This document shows positions 1-15,096 of a DNA stretch of 64,000 nucleotides, piece after piece. Numbering within the stretch: the first letter of the stretch is position 1; every line of letters begins with the position of its first letter. A model generated the notes under the pieces. The model did not search any database. It saw only the letters and a program-made list of their open reading frames with translations, and was not told where the DNA came from. Position numbers and translations under genes: made by a program. The DNA lies in IMG/VR virus record IMGVR_UViG_3300021255_000152, positions 32,001 through 96,000 of that record, one strand, 5' to 3'. This stretch comes from a virus. Its lineage: Duplodnaviria; Caudoviricetes.

Positions 1-3000
1 GGACAGTTTTACAAAATCCAATTAGCTTATAGGGACAGAAATGACGTTGTTGGTTATTTCTCAACTGTTGGAGTAACAAAATGCACATCTTTACCAAGTG
101 TAACGATTAAAGGTTTTGAACCTCCAAATGTAGTTAATAATAATGCTCCAGAGTTTTTAGGAGTATTCATGCAGGCTAAGGATGGAGATATTACTGAAAA
201 AGTATATTCTAGTCGTTTTATCATAACAGATATTGCGAACAATGTTATAGAAGATACTGGTGATGTTCTACATAATATAGAAAATAATCCAAATTCATAT
301 GAATCTGTTGATAGCTTTGAATTTAATAGAGATTTGAATTTTGGTGAGATATATAAAATACGATATATTGTAACTACTACTAATGGATGTGAAATCTCTA
401 GTCCAGCATATTTAATGACACAGCAGAAATCTTTAGCGATGGAACTTAAAGGAGATTTGCTTGTTGATTTAAATTATGATGAAGGTTTTGTAGATGTTAG
501 TATTAAAGGTTATGTTGATGAAAATGGAGTAGAAGAAAAGGGTAATGGAACTTTCTTGTTATCAAGAGAAGATTCTGTAAATCCAGGAGTATGAGAGAAG
601 TTATATAAGTTTGCGCTTAAATACGAATCTCCTACTAAAACCATTTTTAGAGATTTTACTATTGAGCATGGTAAAACATATACATACTCTTTACAACAAT
701 ATAACGAGAATAAAATTTATTCTGGAAGAAAAAAATCTAATTCTATATATGCGGATTTTGAAGACATGTTCCTATTTGATGGAGAACGTCAATTAAAGCT
801 TCGTTTTAATCCGCAGGTTTCTAATTTTAAGACTCAGTTATCTGAATCCAGAAGTGAAACTATTGGTAGTAAGTATCCTTTTTTCTTCCGTAACGCAAAA
901 GTTGGATATAAAACATTCCCAATCTCTGGATTGATTTCAATGTTAAGTGATGACAATGAATACTTTACTTCTTATAATAGTATTTTAAGAGAAGATAAAG
1001 AAGGAGAACGTCATGATGTTGAGTATGATAAGTTTATTCGTCCAACCGTTCAAAAAGATACTGATTTAATTTCTGAAAATATCGCATCAGAACGTTTATT
1101 TAAATTAAAGGTTCTTGACTGGGTAAATAACGGAAAGGTTAAATTATTTAGATCTCCTAATGAAGGTAACTATATTGTGCGCTTAATGGATAACTCTTTA
1201 ACTCCAGAAAACGGTCTTGGCCGCATGTTGCACAATTATAGTGGAACTGCTTATGAGTGCGCAGATTACACATATAGAAATCTTGTAGATTTTGAGATTA
1301 TTGATGATACATCTAGCGCAGATAATGAAGAACAAAAAGCATATGTTACAACTTGGAGAGAAAAGCGTTTAGAAGATTTCGCTAAGAATAATATACTTAG
1401 TTCTTCTGGATTGGATTTTGAAACTGGCGTAAATGGCGGAAAGGCTTCTAAGAATCTTCTTGAAGCGGATATTCAAGATGTATATACCAAGAATTTAAAA
1501 TTCACAGATTTCTTACCTGGAACTAGAATTAGATTAGTATTTGACTTTACTGGTGATTTTGATTCAGATGATTATGAAGAAATCACAATTGGCTCTACTG
1601 GCGCATATTTTGCAAATGATATTAGAAGAGTCTATGGCATTTATTTATTAAATGATAGTCAGACTTGAATAAGTTATCAAGATTATCTTCGTTATCAAGA
1701 TTTGAAAGAATCTAGAATCAAAGAAGCTCTTGGTGAAGATAATTATGCTGTTTATGAAGATATTAGAGATTTTACAAAAGATTTAGTTAATCAGCTTGAT
1801 AATGGTATCGACAAACAAACAGTAATGGATTCTTGGGTTAATAAAATTATTGGAACTTTGTATGAAGCAAATAATTACATTGATCCAAATACTGGCGCGA
1901 CATCAAATTGATTAGATAATGATAATACATGACAGGTCTTAAATAATTCTCCTTTGGCAAAAAGTGATGTTATAGGAATGTTAGTTTATTATCTATGGAA
2001 TGCGCAAAAAGATCCTTCTAAGAGAAATGTTTTAAATAATTTTAAAGAAGAAATCGTCAAGAAATTGCCAGAAGATGTTATTGCTGCTTACACTAAAGAA
2101 AATCCAAATTGAGCAGATAATTTTACTTTAACAACTCAAGATGAATGGAAGCAAGCTTGAGAAAAAGAATATGCTAAGGATAGAGAAACTTCTCTTAAAG
2201 AAGAGTTTTATCAGAGATATGGAGAAGATATTTCTGATGAAAGATTTAATGTCTTATGAGAAGAGGATGAGTATGAAGAAGGAATTACTTGGAAAGAAAA
2301 ATTAGAACAAGAAATTCAAGATCATACTTGAAATAAAGTCTTTATTAATAATATTACTGAATGGTGAGAATCACCTCGTTTAACCGCAAGAATGAGCGAA
2401 TTTGTTGATTGAAATACTTTTGTTTCTCTTCAGACAGTCAGATTACAACTCTCTGAATTAGAAAAGAGTTATGAATCTGCGGTAAAAAATATTGATGCGG
2501 TTAAAAAGAAAAAGAAGAGTTTTGAGAAAATATTAGAAGAACGAGTTGCTCAAAAAGAAGAAATTACTGCTGATGTTACCGCATTAGAAACTCGTTTAAC
2601 TGCTGTACAAGAATCTATTGAAGAAAAAGAAACAGCGATTGAAGAGGCAACTGCAGCAGATAGTAGTGATTTAAGTGTTTTAGAGAGCGAGCTTAAAGAA
2701 TTACAAAAGAATAAATCTGATTTAGAGAGAGATATTAAGGGATTGCGCAATAGTATTGTTAATATTGAAGATATTCTTGTTAATACTCAAAAATCTATTG
2801 ATGAATATGCGGAAAAGATTGAAACATATGAAAATATTATTGAACATTATGAGGAAGATAAAGCTAATTATTTGCAGCAAATCGCAGATAATAATGCAAT
2901 TTTAGCAGAACCTCCTTATAGTGAATTTAGTCTAGAATATAAATTCATAGAACCTTCTGATAGTTTAATTCTCTGGAACAATTGGAATAATGTAAAGACT

Positions 3001-5172
3001 TATTTACAAGAAGCTACTTTAAAAATGCCAGTTCCATGGACAAATATAAAGCCAGATGGATCCACTGAAACAAGTAATTCATATCGTTTGCCTGTTGTCT
3101 ATTCAACTGCTAAAAACGCAGTAAATTCAGCATGAGATCAGTTATATCAAACTTTAATGGATAAAACACCTTATGATGAAATTGAAGATGCTGTAAATAA
3201 AGTAGTCAGTGAATTAAAGAATATTCCTTATCCTACTGGAGAAGGAGTATATTATAATAACAATGGTAACCCCGTATATACTGATAAATATTGGTGAGAT
3301 AAATGATCTATGGCAACTGATTCTATTTATTGCGGAACGTTGCAGTCAGGAAGTGGAACCATTATTTATCAATATGATGTTCCTGTTAGAAATAATTTTG
3401 ATTCTATAGAAGCAGTACAAACAGATATTGGTTCTTATAGACAAATTGTTGGTCCAATTAAAGATATCGTTAAATCTGCTATTTCTCCCGATAATGGCGT
3501 TACTGAAAATGTGCGTGAAGAAATGACTAAGATTTGTATGTCAAATTATCACAAGCGTCCAGTTGGTTATCTTTACTCTAAAGAAGAATGAGATAATCCT
3601 ATTTATGACAATATCTTTGAAAATCGTAATGTAGATCAACAATATAGAACGGTTAGAGAAGATTTGAAACTTTATTGGGACAATAATTTTGATGAATCTA
3701 GAGTTTTTAATGACGAAGAATCTATGAAGCAATCACCATTTGCTTTATATGTAATAGCTTCTCCTATTATCGGAAATCAAAATTATTATGATCATATACA
3801 CACTTCTGCTTACAGTGATTTTACGGTAAGCAATAATAAGATATGACTTAAGTTACATCAACAAGCTAATTCATTAGATACTATTATTAGATATGGTGAA
3901 ATTAGAGATGCTGAAGCTGTTGTTATTTTGAACTATGGCATTCGAACACATTTAGACTGGGAACAACAAGATGATAAGTACAAGATAAATCATCCTTGAA
4001 AAGACTTCTCTTTAAGCTATGGAACGCAGATAGGTACAGATGAAGAAAAACTTATTTATAAAAATTCTAAGCAACTATGGGATTCTAATAACAAAAATAT
4101 TCGCACAAGAACCTGGGCTGTAATGCATTTGAATGACGAAACTTTAGCAAAGAAGATTGAAGATTTTTGAACTAATAATATTAGACGAAGAGCTGACAGC
4201 AATAAAACAGAATTCTCTATCTTATTCCCTTCTGGAGTGGTAGATTTATCTAATATAAATGATAATCAGTTAAAGTGGGTTGTAAATAATTTATCTGATT
4301 TAATGTATGAGTTAGAGAATCACCCAGATAAAGGTATTTCTTCATATTTCGCAGTTTCAGATGAACAAGTGCATGACGAGTTATTCCCTAATGTAGATGT
4401 AACAGAAGAGGTTGGCGCACATGTAGCATCACATCTCTTTGAGAAGTATTTTATAGACGCTATTATAAATCAGAGAAATGCTGAAGAGCTTATTACTAGA
4501 TTAAGTGGTTTATATACTTCTATTCAGAATTCAAAAGATAAGTGATATTCAGAATATATTAAAGAAAATTCTACAATAACATATGATGAATATTTGGAAG
4601 CATTAAATAATTTAAATGAAATTTGATTAGAGCAACCAAAAGTTTATGTGCTAGATGCTTGAAGCGGTAAGATTCATGCTATTGGAGATGATTATTTATA
4701 TGAACCAATTATTCGTTTTGATGGCAGTAGAATTGATTTAAGAGAGATTGAAAACTATTCATTAGATGATCTTGATGCTTCAATCACAACAATCGACGTG
4801 GGTAATGGCGTTTATGGTGAAATATTCTTCAGACAAGCAACAAAGACTTATGAGTTAGAGAAGATAGAAAAAGAAGTAGTTACTTTAAAAGAGAACTGAT
4901 CTACTCAAAAAGGCTTGCTTGACAATGTTCATTATTATTATCCTTTTGCTAAGGATAAGAACAATATATATAAATATACATCAAATCCTGATCAATATAA
5001 TAAAGATATTTCTACTGATCAAGAAGTAGTAGATGATTATAGTATTAAATATTTAAATGCTTTAGATGCAGAAAAAGAGGCTTATATTCTATATCTTGCC
5101 GCATTAAAGAAGGCAATAGATGAATGAGTTACTCAGAAATCAGAAGAAGTTTCTAACGCGTTGAATCAGTAA
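1..5172 (+). CDS. Large virion structural (tail/baseplate-region) protein, 5' truncated, >1720 aa under code 4
   Basis: Track ORFs 169, 766, 1702, 2743, 3310, 3664, 4237 and 4915 share one frame and are separated only by TGA (about 20 in-frame). The frame closes at TAA 5170-5172, followed by the RBS of the next gene. Coiled-coil-like segment at about 2440-2910. Confidence 0.8.
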
Positions 5173-5189
5173 GAGAGAAAGGAGAGCAT

Positions 5190-8100
5190 ATGAGAAATCC
5201 ATTGTTAGATGAAGATTTTCTTCATGAATTAGATTTATATCATCATCATCATACTTGGGCAAAAATTATTTCATTGGATTTTAATGAATATCCATTAGAA
5301 GAGATAAGTGGAAAAGTTTCTGCTGGAAGTATAAATATTGATGGAAACTCAGCGGTTAGAAGAACATGCTCTCTAACTCTTTTGAGTGATGAAGTAAATA
5401 TTAATGATTTCTACTGAGGATTAAAAACTAAGTTTAGATTATATATTGGTTTAGAGAATCAAATTAATGATCAATATATAATTAAGAAAAAGGTAGAATT
5501 ACAAAATAGTATAGATGCGGCTATGGCTAAAGGCGAATCTACGGTAGATTTACGTTATCGCTTAGAACATATAGAGGAGTTATACAGATACCCTGATATT
5601 ATCTGATTTAATCAGGGTATCTTCCTCATATCTTCTTTCAATTGCGCCGCAGGTGTAAATAAATATACTGTATCTATTCAGGGTAAAGATAAAATGTCTT
5701 TATTGAATGGAGATATGGGCGGTGTTATCCCAGCATCATGAGATTTCGGAACTATGGATGAAAATGTCCTCGATGAAGAAGGAAAAACTGCTTATGATGC
5801 TTCTGGTTATGCAATTATTAAAAACACACAAATACCTATTAAAGATATTGTTCTCCAGGCGGTCCATGAATTCGCGCAAGAGAAATGACAGAATATTATA
5901 GTTAATGACCTAGATGACTATGGTATTGAGTTATTAGAATATGAAGGAACTACTCCTTTATATTATATCATTAAAGTAACTAATAGTGGAACGGATTCAA
6001 GAGAAGTATCCAATATGACGCTTGATGAAAATATGGAATGTATGGTGAAAATCGTCGATTGAATTGACGATAAACCTGTTTCTCTTGGATGGGCATCTAC
6101 TCGAACTAAAGTAGAGACAGACGAGAATAATAATTCTGTTTCTAAACAAGTTGCTATAAAAATTAGTGAGCTAGATTCTGATTGGATCACGGAAACTGCG
6201 ACCGCTGAGGGCGCAATAGCTGAGCATCCCCCAAAATATTCATATGAAAGACTCATAGAGGAGTTAGATCCAAGCGGCGCAGTAACTGAGTCAGTTAATT
6301 ATTATAGAACTAGAATTGCATTTCCAGATGATTTCTATTATGAAACAGCCTATGATGATGAAGGAAATGAAGTTCAAGTTAAAGTATATAATGAATATAC
6401 TGTTGCTAAGATTACTAGAGACAATGGATTAAATGTTTGCGGTTATAGAATCTGTGATATTGTTTATCCATACGATTTAATAGCCTCTCCTGGAGATACT
6501 GTTACTTCAGTCCTAGATAAGTTAGTAAAAATGCTTGGAAATTTTGAATATTTCTTCGATGAAGATGGACGTTTTATTTTCCAAAAGAAGAGAACATTCT
6601 TAGATGTTTCTTATAATAATATAATTAATGAACACTCTATCTCTCCAGAAGTATGGGCAGATAGTAGTATGTTTAATACAAAATATAGTTATACTTTTGA
6701 TAGTAATACATTAGTATCTTCTATCCAGAATAATCCAAATTTACCTCAGTTAAAAAATGATTATTCTATTTGAGGCGCGCGACAGAATGGAAATGTTACA
6801 ATTCCAATTCACATGCGCTACGCAATAGATAAAAAACCTTATGGTTATAGAACATTTGATACTGTTGATGAAAATGGCATAATAACCAAACCTGGTGCAT
6901 GATACTGAACTGAAGAGGGTTTGGGTTATAGACAAAGACGCATGGAAGTTTTAGCGCAAGAATTTAAAGGAGAAGAAGGCGGAAGTGTCGAATCTTATGA
7001 AAAATATTCTTACACTAAAACTCCAAATGAAAATGGATTGCCAGAAACTTGGTGAGATGTACAAGACTGGGCAAAATATTATGGTTTAATTGCGGCACTA
7101 CAAGATGGAAAAAATCCAGATAGAATGACGCAAGAGGAGCTAGAAGAGTATTATCCTAAAAATTACTTAATGTTTTATAAATCAGATGAAACAAAATATC
7201 CATTACCAACTTATAAAGAAGTTGCTTCTTATTTAGGGGTGGAACCAGATTATGGCTGAAATGGAACTTTACAGATGGTTATCCAACAAGAAGATGGATC
7301 TTGAGATAGTCATGGTTCTAACTGTTCTCATTCCTATTTCCAATTTATTCCTAATTATGAAGTATTAGATGAAAATGGAAAAACTAAATATTATATAGAT
7401 AAAGAACATGGCATTTCAGTCCCAATGAGAACAACTTCGGGCATTTATGAAAATACTAAGGTTTATATTTATAGACCTACCTTTCCAGGAGAATTGGATT
7501 ATTCCTATGAAGATGGTGGGGTTACAACTATTGATGTTTCTGATTATGCAAAAGATCAAACCTATATTGTCGATTGAAGAGAAGTTATTTATCAAATGGC
7601 AAATGATTATCGAAGACATTATAGAGAAGATGATTTCTTAATTAAATTAAGAGATAATAATAAGATTTTGTATTATAATAATATCCCTATTGAATCATTG
7701 TATCCTACTGGATATACTGGGTATGAAAACTATTATATAGATTTTGAAATGAATCTAAGTCAAGGAGTTGTGGCTTATTGAAGAGAACTATATAATCCAG
7801 AAACTATTAATGATAAAAAAGAAAATCATACGGGATATTATAATTCTGATGGAACTTTTGAATTAGATACAGATGTGGCGCTCTGATCTGCAGGAACTAC
7901 TTACCAAAAAGGAGATAGAGCTGCCGTTGAAGAAGATGGAGAACGAGTTATTTATAAATCTTTAAAAAATAATAATGTAGATACAGTTCCTTCTTCAACC
8001 AGTCCAAGTTGATTAGAAACTCCAGGTCAATTCACTTATAATTCAGATGGTTGAAATATTGAAATTTTAGATAATCCTGAAATGTTAAATTTCTGATTTG

Positions 8101-8567
8101 ATTTCCTTGATTCCAAGGGAGAGATGAACAAATACACTGTCCATAATATAGGAATGAGGTCAAAAGCTACAAATGATGATAAGATAAAAGCCATCTATTT
8201 TAGGGAAACGCCCAATGTAATTTTTGATGTTGAGGGAGAAACGGTTCAAAAGGATAATTGAACTAAGCCTGGATATTGTTATATCAGTATTCCAGCAGCA
8301 TTAAATGATTTATTCCATATTAGTTCGCGCGGTAAAAACTGCATGGATGTAGTAGAGGAATATTTGTATAATTATGCTTATCCGATAAGCTCAATTACAT
8401 TGAGTACAATACCTATTTACTACTTAACTCCCAATACCTTGATCTATGTAAATGATCCAGATACTGGAGTTGTAGGTGAATATATAATGACAAAATATAG
8501 TATTCAGTTAGGTTTAAATTCTAGTATGTCTATAACTGGAAATGAAACCGCAAAGAGACTATATTAA
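5190..8567 (+). CDS. Tail/baseplate hub-like protein (DUF5048-like) with an inserted CBM5/12-like module, 1125 aa under code 4
   Basis: AGGAGAG RBS. Fragments 5190, 6531, 7596 and 8343 are in one frame. Motifs GSINIDGNSAVRRTCSL, QGKDKMSLLNG and C-terminal IPIYYLTPNTLIYV..GEY are typical of this phage family. Confidence 0.75.
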
Positions 8568-8582
8568 GGAGGAAAATGAGGA

Positions 8583-8975
8583 ATGGCTAGAAAAATCAAA
8601 CAATTTCGATTGTATAATGCTCCAGTCCGCAAAAGTACAGGTGAATATGATTATACATATTGTACAAACAATTCACCTGCAGAAACTTCTGCCTCAAAGA
8701 ATATTTTAGAAATGTTTGAATCTGGAGAAGTATTTGAAAGTGTTTATCCAATTTCAGAACTAGGCATACAAGCTCCACCTGGGACAAAATTCTATTTAAA
8801 TGGAAGTGTGTATCCAATAGTGATGGGAGCTTCTGGAATTTACGATTTAGATATTAAAAATGGTGCAAGAGTCACTGGTTTAAGTTTTCATCGAGAGTCT
8901 TTGCAAGACATCGTAACTAGTGGCTCTAGTTACCTTATTGTAGATGTATTGTATGGAGAGGAGGATTTAGACTAA
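8583..8975 (+). CDS. Conserved phage structural-region protein, 130 aa
   Basis: AGGAGG RBS; LGIQAPPGTKFYLNG..I..G..GIY motif; TAA overlaps the next ATG. Confidence 0.75.
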   Translation: MARKIKQFRLYNAPVRKSTGEYDYTYCTNNSPAETSASKNILEMFESGEVFESVYPISELGIQAPPGTKFYLNGSVYPIVMGASGIYDLDIKNGARVTGLSFHRESLQDIVTSGSSYLIVDVLYGEEDLD

Positions 8976-11900
8976 TGGGTTTCTATGGCAATATAACCAA
9001 CATAAATAAATCTAGTTTTAGTTTTGATAAGATTTATGCCAATAGAAAAGAAATGGACGCAAATGCGGCCATTGATGGTGTTTATGTTGGAAGATATGTT
9101 CTTGTAGATTATGATAAAAAGAGCATACTAGCAACTCAGGCAAGTGAAGTTGCGGATTCATTTAATGTTTCCAATGATCCTCTTCGATATGCAAATATTG
9201 TAGAAGGCTTTGAGAAATACTATAATTATAATTTAGATTTATTAGAGCAAAAAACAAATTCTAACTTGCGTCCAGCTTGAATGATAATACAAACAGATGG
9301 AAGTTATGAATTTCATACAGGTCCTTCTTATGCAACTCCAGTATATGAATTTTCCGAAGACAGTGGAGAAGGATTACACGCAGGAGATTTAGTTCTTTTA
9401 TTAGGAAAGAGAAAGTGTATTTCTGAAATTCCTGATAACTTGAAATTTACAGATGCATATGAACTAGAGAATTATCAAAGTAATGAATTAGCTAGTATTA
9501 TAACACAAGATGGTGCAGTTTATTCTTACTTTATCCCTGAGATATGGTACTGCACTGGCGGCAGACCTATTGAATGGTCAAGCAATGGAATTGACTATAT
9601 TAAAACAGTTGCAACATTTGAAAAGAGTTCTATCACTTATTCCGAACAGATTGATATGAACAATGCAACCCTCTTCAATAGCAACTATTCAGAAGATGCT
9701 GTTGCTTATGGAAAGATTGGTAGAGGTTGGGATTCTACCGTTTGGCAGAAAACAACTGGCGTAAATGCAAAGGGACAGGTTGTTAATAAATATGTAATGA
9801 TCGCTGAACTTAATTCAGTAGTTCCTACATTAGATATTTCTGTTGATGCGCCTACGCAAACTCCAATCGCGCCACATTTTGGTACAGATATTTCAAATGT
9901 TTATTATAAGATGCATATCCAGCCAACTTGGGGTATGAGAGTAAAGAGTTCTTACTCTGATTACACAACAGATCAAAAGAGATATCCTTCTGATATTAGC
10001 GGAGCTTTCTTAATTGATACTTTACTTAGTGATGGTACTGTTGCTAGAATTGGTAGAAGAGTTAAGACACTACCGGACGGAACAACTCAAATTGTAGATT
10101 ATCCTCCAGTATTGGATGAATTCGGCAATGTTGTTCCAGAAGATATTGAGGATATGCCACTAGCAATTTACTTTAATAAAGATGGTTTTGATCCATATCA
10201 AGCTTCAGATGCGCTTACAACAGTTGAACATGATTATGGTTCAGAAGCATTAAAGAGTATTGCTAGAAATGTTGGAACATCAACTCGTCCAAAATGGGAA
10301 GTAAGAGATACTATCGCTATTAAGCCTACTGGAACGAGTAACCAAGAATATAATGTTCATACTGCTGAAGGTGACCTATTCAAAAAGAATTTACCAGATA
10401 CTTACGAAATGAGTATTATGTTACCATCTATTGGTAATATGGCAAACACTTTCTGGAATATGCTTTATGGTCCAAATGCTAAAGAAGATATTAAGGGCCG
10501 TAGTTTATGGCATGTAAATACTGGTGCCTTCGTTAAGAACGATGATACTTCTACTTATGTAAGAAATACTGAATTTAGATGGAATACTCGTAACGGTAGA
10601 AGAGGAATCACAAATGCGCTATTTGATTCTAGTTTCTATATTGGAAATGCTAGAAATCCAATAGCTAAAACATATGATGAAATAATGGAATTAAAGGACA
10701 CTAGTCCAGCGACATCCTTATTAGTAAAGAATAGTTTTAATGATAATTATATTAATATTGGAACTGTCGGTGACTTTGATCCTATTCATACACACTTGCT
10801 ACAAGATAGACTTCTTTATAATGTAGAGGATTTAAATACAGTAGCAGGTAGTATTAATACATTACATGATTTAACTGGTATGATTGTAAGATATACTAGC
10901 CTTGAAGATGAAAATGCTAGTGTAAAAATACCAGATGATTATATTGCTGATTTTACTAACAGCTCACAAAGAAACTTACTTTGGGAACATCGCGCAGAAA
11001 AATTATCTGATTGAGATCCAACAAAGATTTATTACGATATTTCTGATCAAAGATATTATTACAAGGATAAGACTTATACCTATAATCATTCTACTACTAC
11101 TGGTTATGAAAGAAGTGGAAGTCATTGGTACAAGCCTATTTCTGGTGATAAATTCATTGATTTAAATACTGCTAAATATTATAGAGCAGAACGCATGGAA
11201 TATCCTAGATATTCTGAAACAAACCTTACTAAAGATGTAATGAATCTTCCTTACTTTGATTATATCTTAGCTAAGACTGAAGATGATTACGTTGAAGGTG
11301 CTGTTTATTATCAGGTTTATGATGAAGATTATTTCTTGAGTAATCCAAACGTTCAAGCCGAAAAGACTCGTCTTGAAAATAAGGTTGCTTCAGAAACTGA
11401 TCCAGTTCTCATTGAAGAAGCGCAAGAAGAATTGGCGCAATTCCTCAAAGGAGAATATAAGAATAGTAATGATGAAGTGGTTCTTAGATTCCCTACACCA
11501 TTAATTCTTTACAATGTTGGATATGAGCCAGGTATTTATTCTTATGAAGATACCAATTCTTCTGGACAAAGAATTTATACATTAGACAGTGCGCCACTTC
11601 CAACAAGACCTGATGCAAGATACATTAAGATTACAGATTCAAAACAGCAGCAAGGATTTGTACTTTACACTTCTGGTGGTTTCTACAGATGGGATAATAG
11701 AGATGAAACATTAATTCTTTGTAGAAATGCTTCTCTTAAAGGCGCCCTTGATTTACCAGAAGACTTCGTTCCTGAACATCCAGATACAGAGTTAATCACA
11801 AGTAGCTATGAATGGAACGAAAAAATAAATCTTTATGACGATGATAAAAATGTTATAGGAGAAGATAATAGATTCATATTCTTCCCTAGAAATCAAGCCT

Positions 11901-14900
11901 TTGAAGAATATCTTCATATTGCAGATTCTGAAGAAGGAAAGACAATTTACGTCGCTGGAGATGAAATTCCAGATGTTATTCCTATTAATTTCCCAACAAA
12001 TTTAACTCGTTGGCAAATTGAATTAGAAGATGATAACAAGCTTTATCTTTATATCTATGCTGGATTAAATGATGAGGATCATCCTGCTGATAAATTAGTA
12101 GAACAAGGTCATGATAAAATTCCTGTTGAAAATATCTTATTTAAGAGAGAATCTTATTTACAAGAACTTAATACTAGATTAGCAGCTTATGTAGAAAATC
12201 CTGGAACAATTACCAGAGCAAATCTTGATGCTTACTTAGAATTATTAAACAATAATAATGAAAATAAGTATTTTGATCAATATCAGGCTTATTTATATCT
12301 CTGTGTTACTACTCCTGAAGAAAAAGACGAAGATGGTAATATCGTAACTCAAGAAGTTTCTGACTATCTTCCTTTCTGGACAATTATCACAGAAGGATAT
12401 GCGTTTAAGTTAGAGAATGGCAAAAAAGTTCCTAAGATGGTTATCTCTACCATTGGAAAAGAATCTTCTTCTTCTAGCATTCACTTTGATGTACAAGAAG
12501 CTAAAGAAAAAGGTCTCAATGTTCAGTTAAAAGAATTTGAAGCAAATAAATATTATTATCATCCAAACAATGACGGTAATAAATGAGCTGCTGAAATTAG
12601 AGCAAACCTTTTAACAGAATCTGGTCTTTGAAGAAATACATTAAATGGCGGATATAATGGTTATTATACTATTGAGTATGAAACACTTCCACCAGAATCT
12701 CAAGTAGATGATTTTGAAGAAGTAAATGATAATAATCATTTTAGATTCTTTACTTTGGATAGAGAACAAGCATATCGTTACCAAGATCTTGAAGGTAACT
12801 GAAGAGAAGAAATTCTTAGCAGAACATACCCAAGAGATACTAGAGATATTAATTATTACGATATTAAATTCTTGAGAGTTCCTTCTGATAAGATTGTATA
12901 TCAAAGTGGAATCTATTATGAAAAGAATGGCAATGGTGAGTTTGTTCTTACTGAAGATACAACTCCAGATGCATCTAAGACTTATTATCAGATAGAACAA
13001 AGATATGTTGAATCAGATACCAGTGGTATTTATAAGACAGGTTCTATCTGGAATGAAGAAGTTGTTCCAGTTCCTGATACTGTAACCATCGGATTCAGAG
13101 AAGAGTCTTGGAGAGCAAAACCTATTGAACATTATGCAAATAATGAGAATACTTTCAATGGATTGATTCTCCGACAGAACAATATGATGCGCGATGGTGA
13201 TGAATTAACTCGCGATCGCAGCACCGTTCAAGGAACAATTAATACTCTCAATGATATAATCGCTAAATTCTACACATTAACTCCTCGTGAATTTGTAACA
13301 GTAGATGAATATGGTCGTGTCCATAGCGCAAGCTGGGATTCAATGCAGCCAGATACTATTACAAACCTTGGATTACCTTCAGATGTTAGAACTGTTGCGA
13401 ATACAGATAAGCGTTGGATTAATTTAACATTAGATGATGATAAAGATAATCCACATTTCACAATTAAACATCAGTATAATCCAGTAGAACCTGTGAATAC
13501 ATATGCGAATAAGAATGAAAATACTACTGTTACTGGTAACGTTGGATTAAATCATTCCGCAGATGATACGTTAAAACTCTATACTCCTTTAATTGATGCT
13601 ACTGGACACGTTGTTGGACAGAATACAGAAACTGTAACTCTACCTTTCAATTATAAGGTTGTTACTATTGGTGCGCAAAGTGAAACTGTTTATGATTCTA
13701 CTAAGAATAATTTAACAGCTGGCTCTACAATAGACAAGGGTTATAGTGGAACTGGTAGTTTAATTGCAGAAAATACTAAAGATACATTTACTGTAAATAC
13801 TGGTAATAAATGGATTAGATTAATTCCAAATTCAGGAACAAAGTCTTATCAGATTAGCCATGAAGTTCATAATATAAATGTTTCCGATAACACTTCTACA
13901 AATTTAAATGCGGGAAGTGGTACAAATGTTATTAATATTCCAGATTGGGATTTTGACAATGCTGGACATATTATTGAAAAGCATAATCATGAATATACTT
14001 TACCATATGGTTATAAGTTTGTTCAAGATGAGGGTAATAGCAGCATTCAAGCTGGTAATACTCAAGATAAGTTGATTGTTGTGGGTGATAGTTATCTTAC
14101 AACTTCTGTAAATGATCATACATTAACAATAAGTCATGATAAGGTTAATCCAACAACAGCAACAACGCAGTTGAAGAGCAATGTAGAAACTCCTACTTTT
14201 GGATCAACATTTGTAATTGATGATTATAGCTTTGATAATCAGGGCCATCGTATTGTAACAAGTTCTCATACAGTACAATTCCCTAAAGGACAGCTCGCTA
14301 ATGGCACACATGTTGCAACAAGTGCAAATATCGTTACATCATTAGCCTTTGATGCAACTTCTGGAACTATTACAAAGACAGATGCTAATGTTGGCACATT
14401 ACCTTTAACAGGATATGCACAAGTAGAAAGTATTTCTGCAATGCCAACGGCAACAGATTCTATTAATACTGCTCTTGCTAAAGTAACATATATCTTAAAC
14501 AATAGTACAACTACTGTTGATAGTAGAATTTCTACTGCAATTACTGGATTATATGCAGCTGAATCTTCTGATGATTTTATTGCAAAAATTAAAGAAACAA
14601 ATGGTGTAATTTCTGCTACTACTGGTACTTTCGGAACATCTGGAACTATTGCAACAGATGCAGGCTCCAATAGAGAAGTTGTAACTTCTGTTACTATTAA
14701 TCATAGTGGTGTCATTAGTGGTACTAAATTAACGTTAGGAACTGCTGCATTGTCTGCAACAACAGATTTTGATGCAGCTGGTGCCGCAAATACAGTTAAG
14801 ACTGATTTAATTGGTACTGCTTCAGACACACAAGCCTCTGATACAATTACAGGTGCTAAAAAATATACAGATAATGCTGTAGCCACAATGGAGAGTAAAG

Positions 14901-14995
14901 AGTACGGAGCTTCTGGCTCTACACAATATACTTTTGCAGAGATGGTTGCTAAATTAAATGATTTAGAAGCTAGACTCGCGGCCTTAGAAAGTTAA
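8975..14995 (+). CDS. Large tail fibre/baseplate-associated protein, 2006 aa under code 4
   Basis: Fragments 8975, 9281, 11195 and 12872 are in one frame joined by 5 TGA. C-terminal third is Thr/Gly-rich with D..GH fibre repeats and ends in a coiled coil (LNDLEARLAALES). Confidence 0.8.
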
Positions 14996-14996
14996 T

Positions 14997-15030
14997 ATAA
15001 GGGAGAAGATTTTCTTCTCCCTTATTATTT
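14997..15030 (+). terminator. Rho-independent terminator-like hairpin
   Basis: ATAAGGGAGAAG..CTTCTCCCTTAT stem directly after the stop codon. Confidence 0.65.
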
Positions 15031-15096
15031 AGGGCAAGAGTTAAAAAAATACAAATGTTGTTTTTTAGATAGAATAGAGTAAAGGAGGAACGGACA

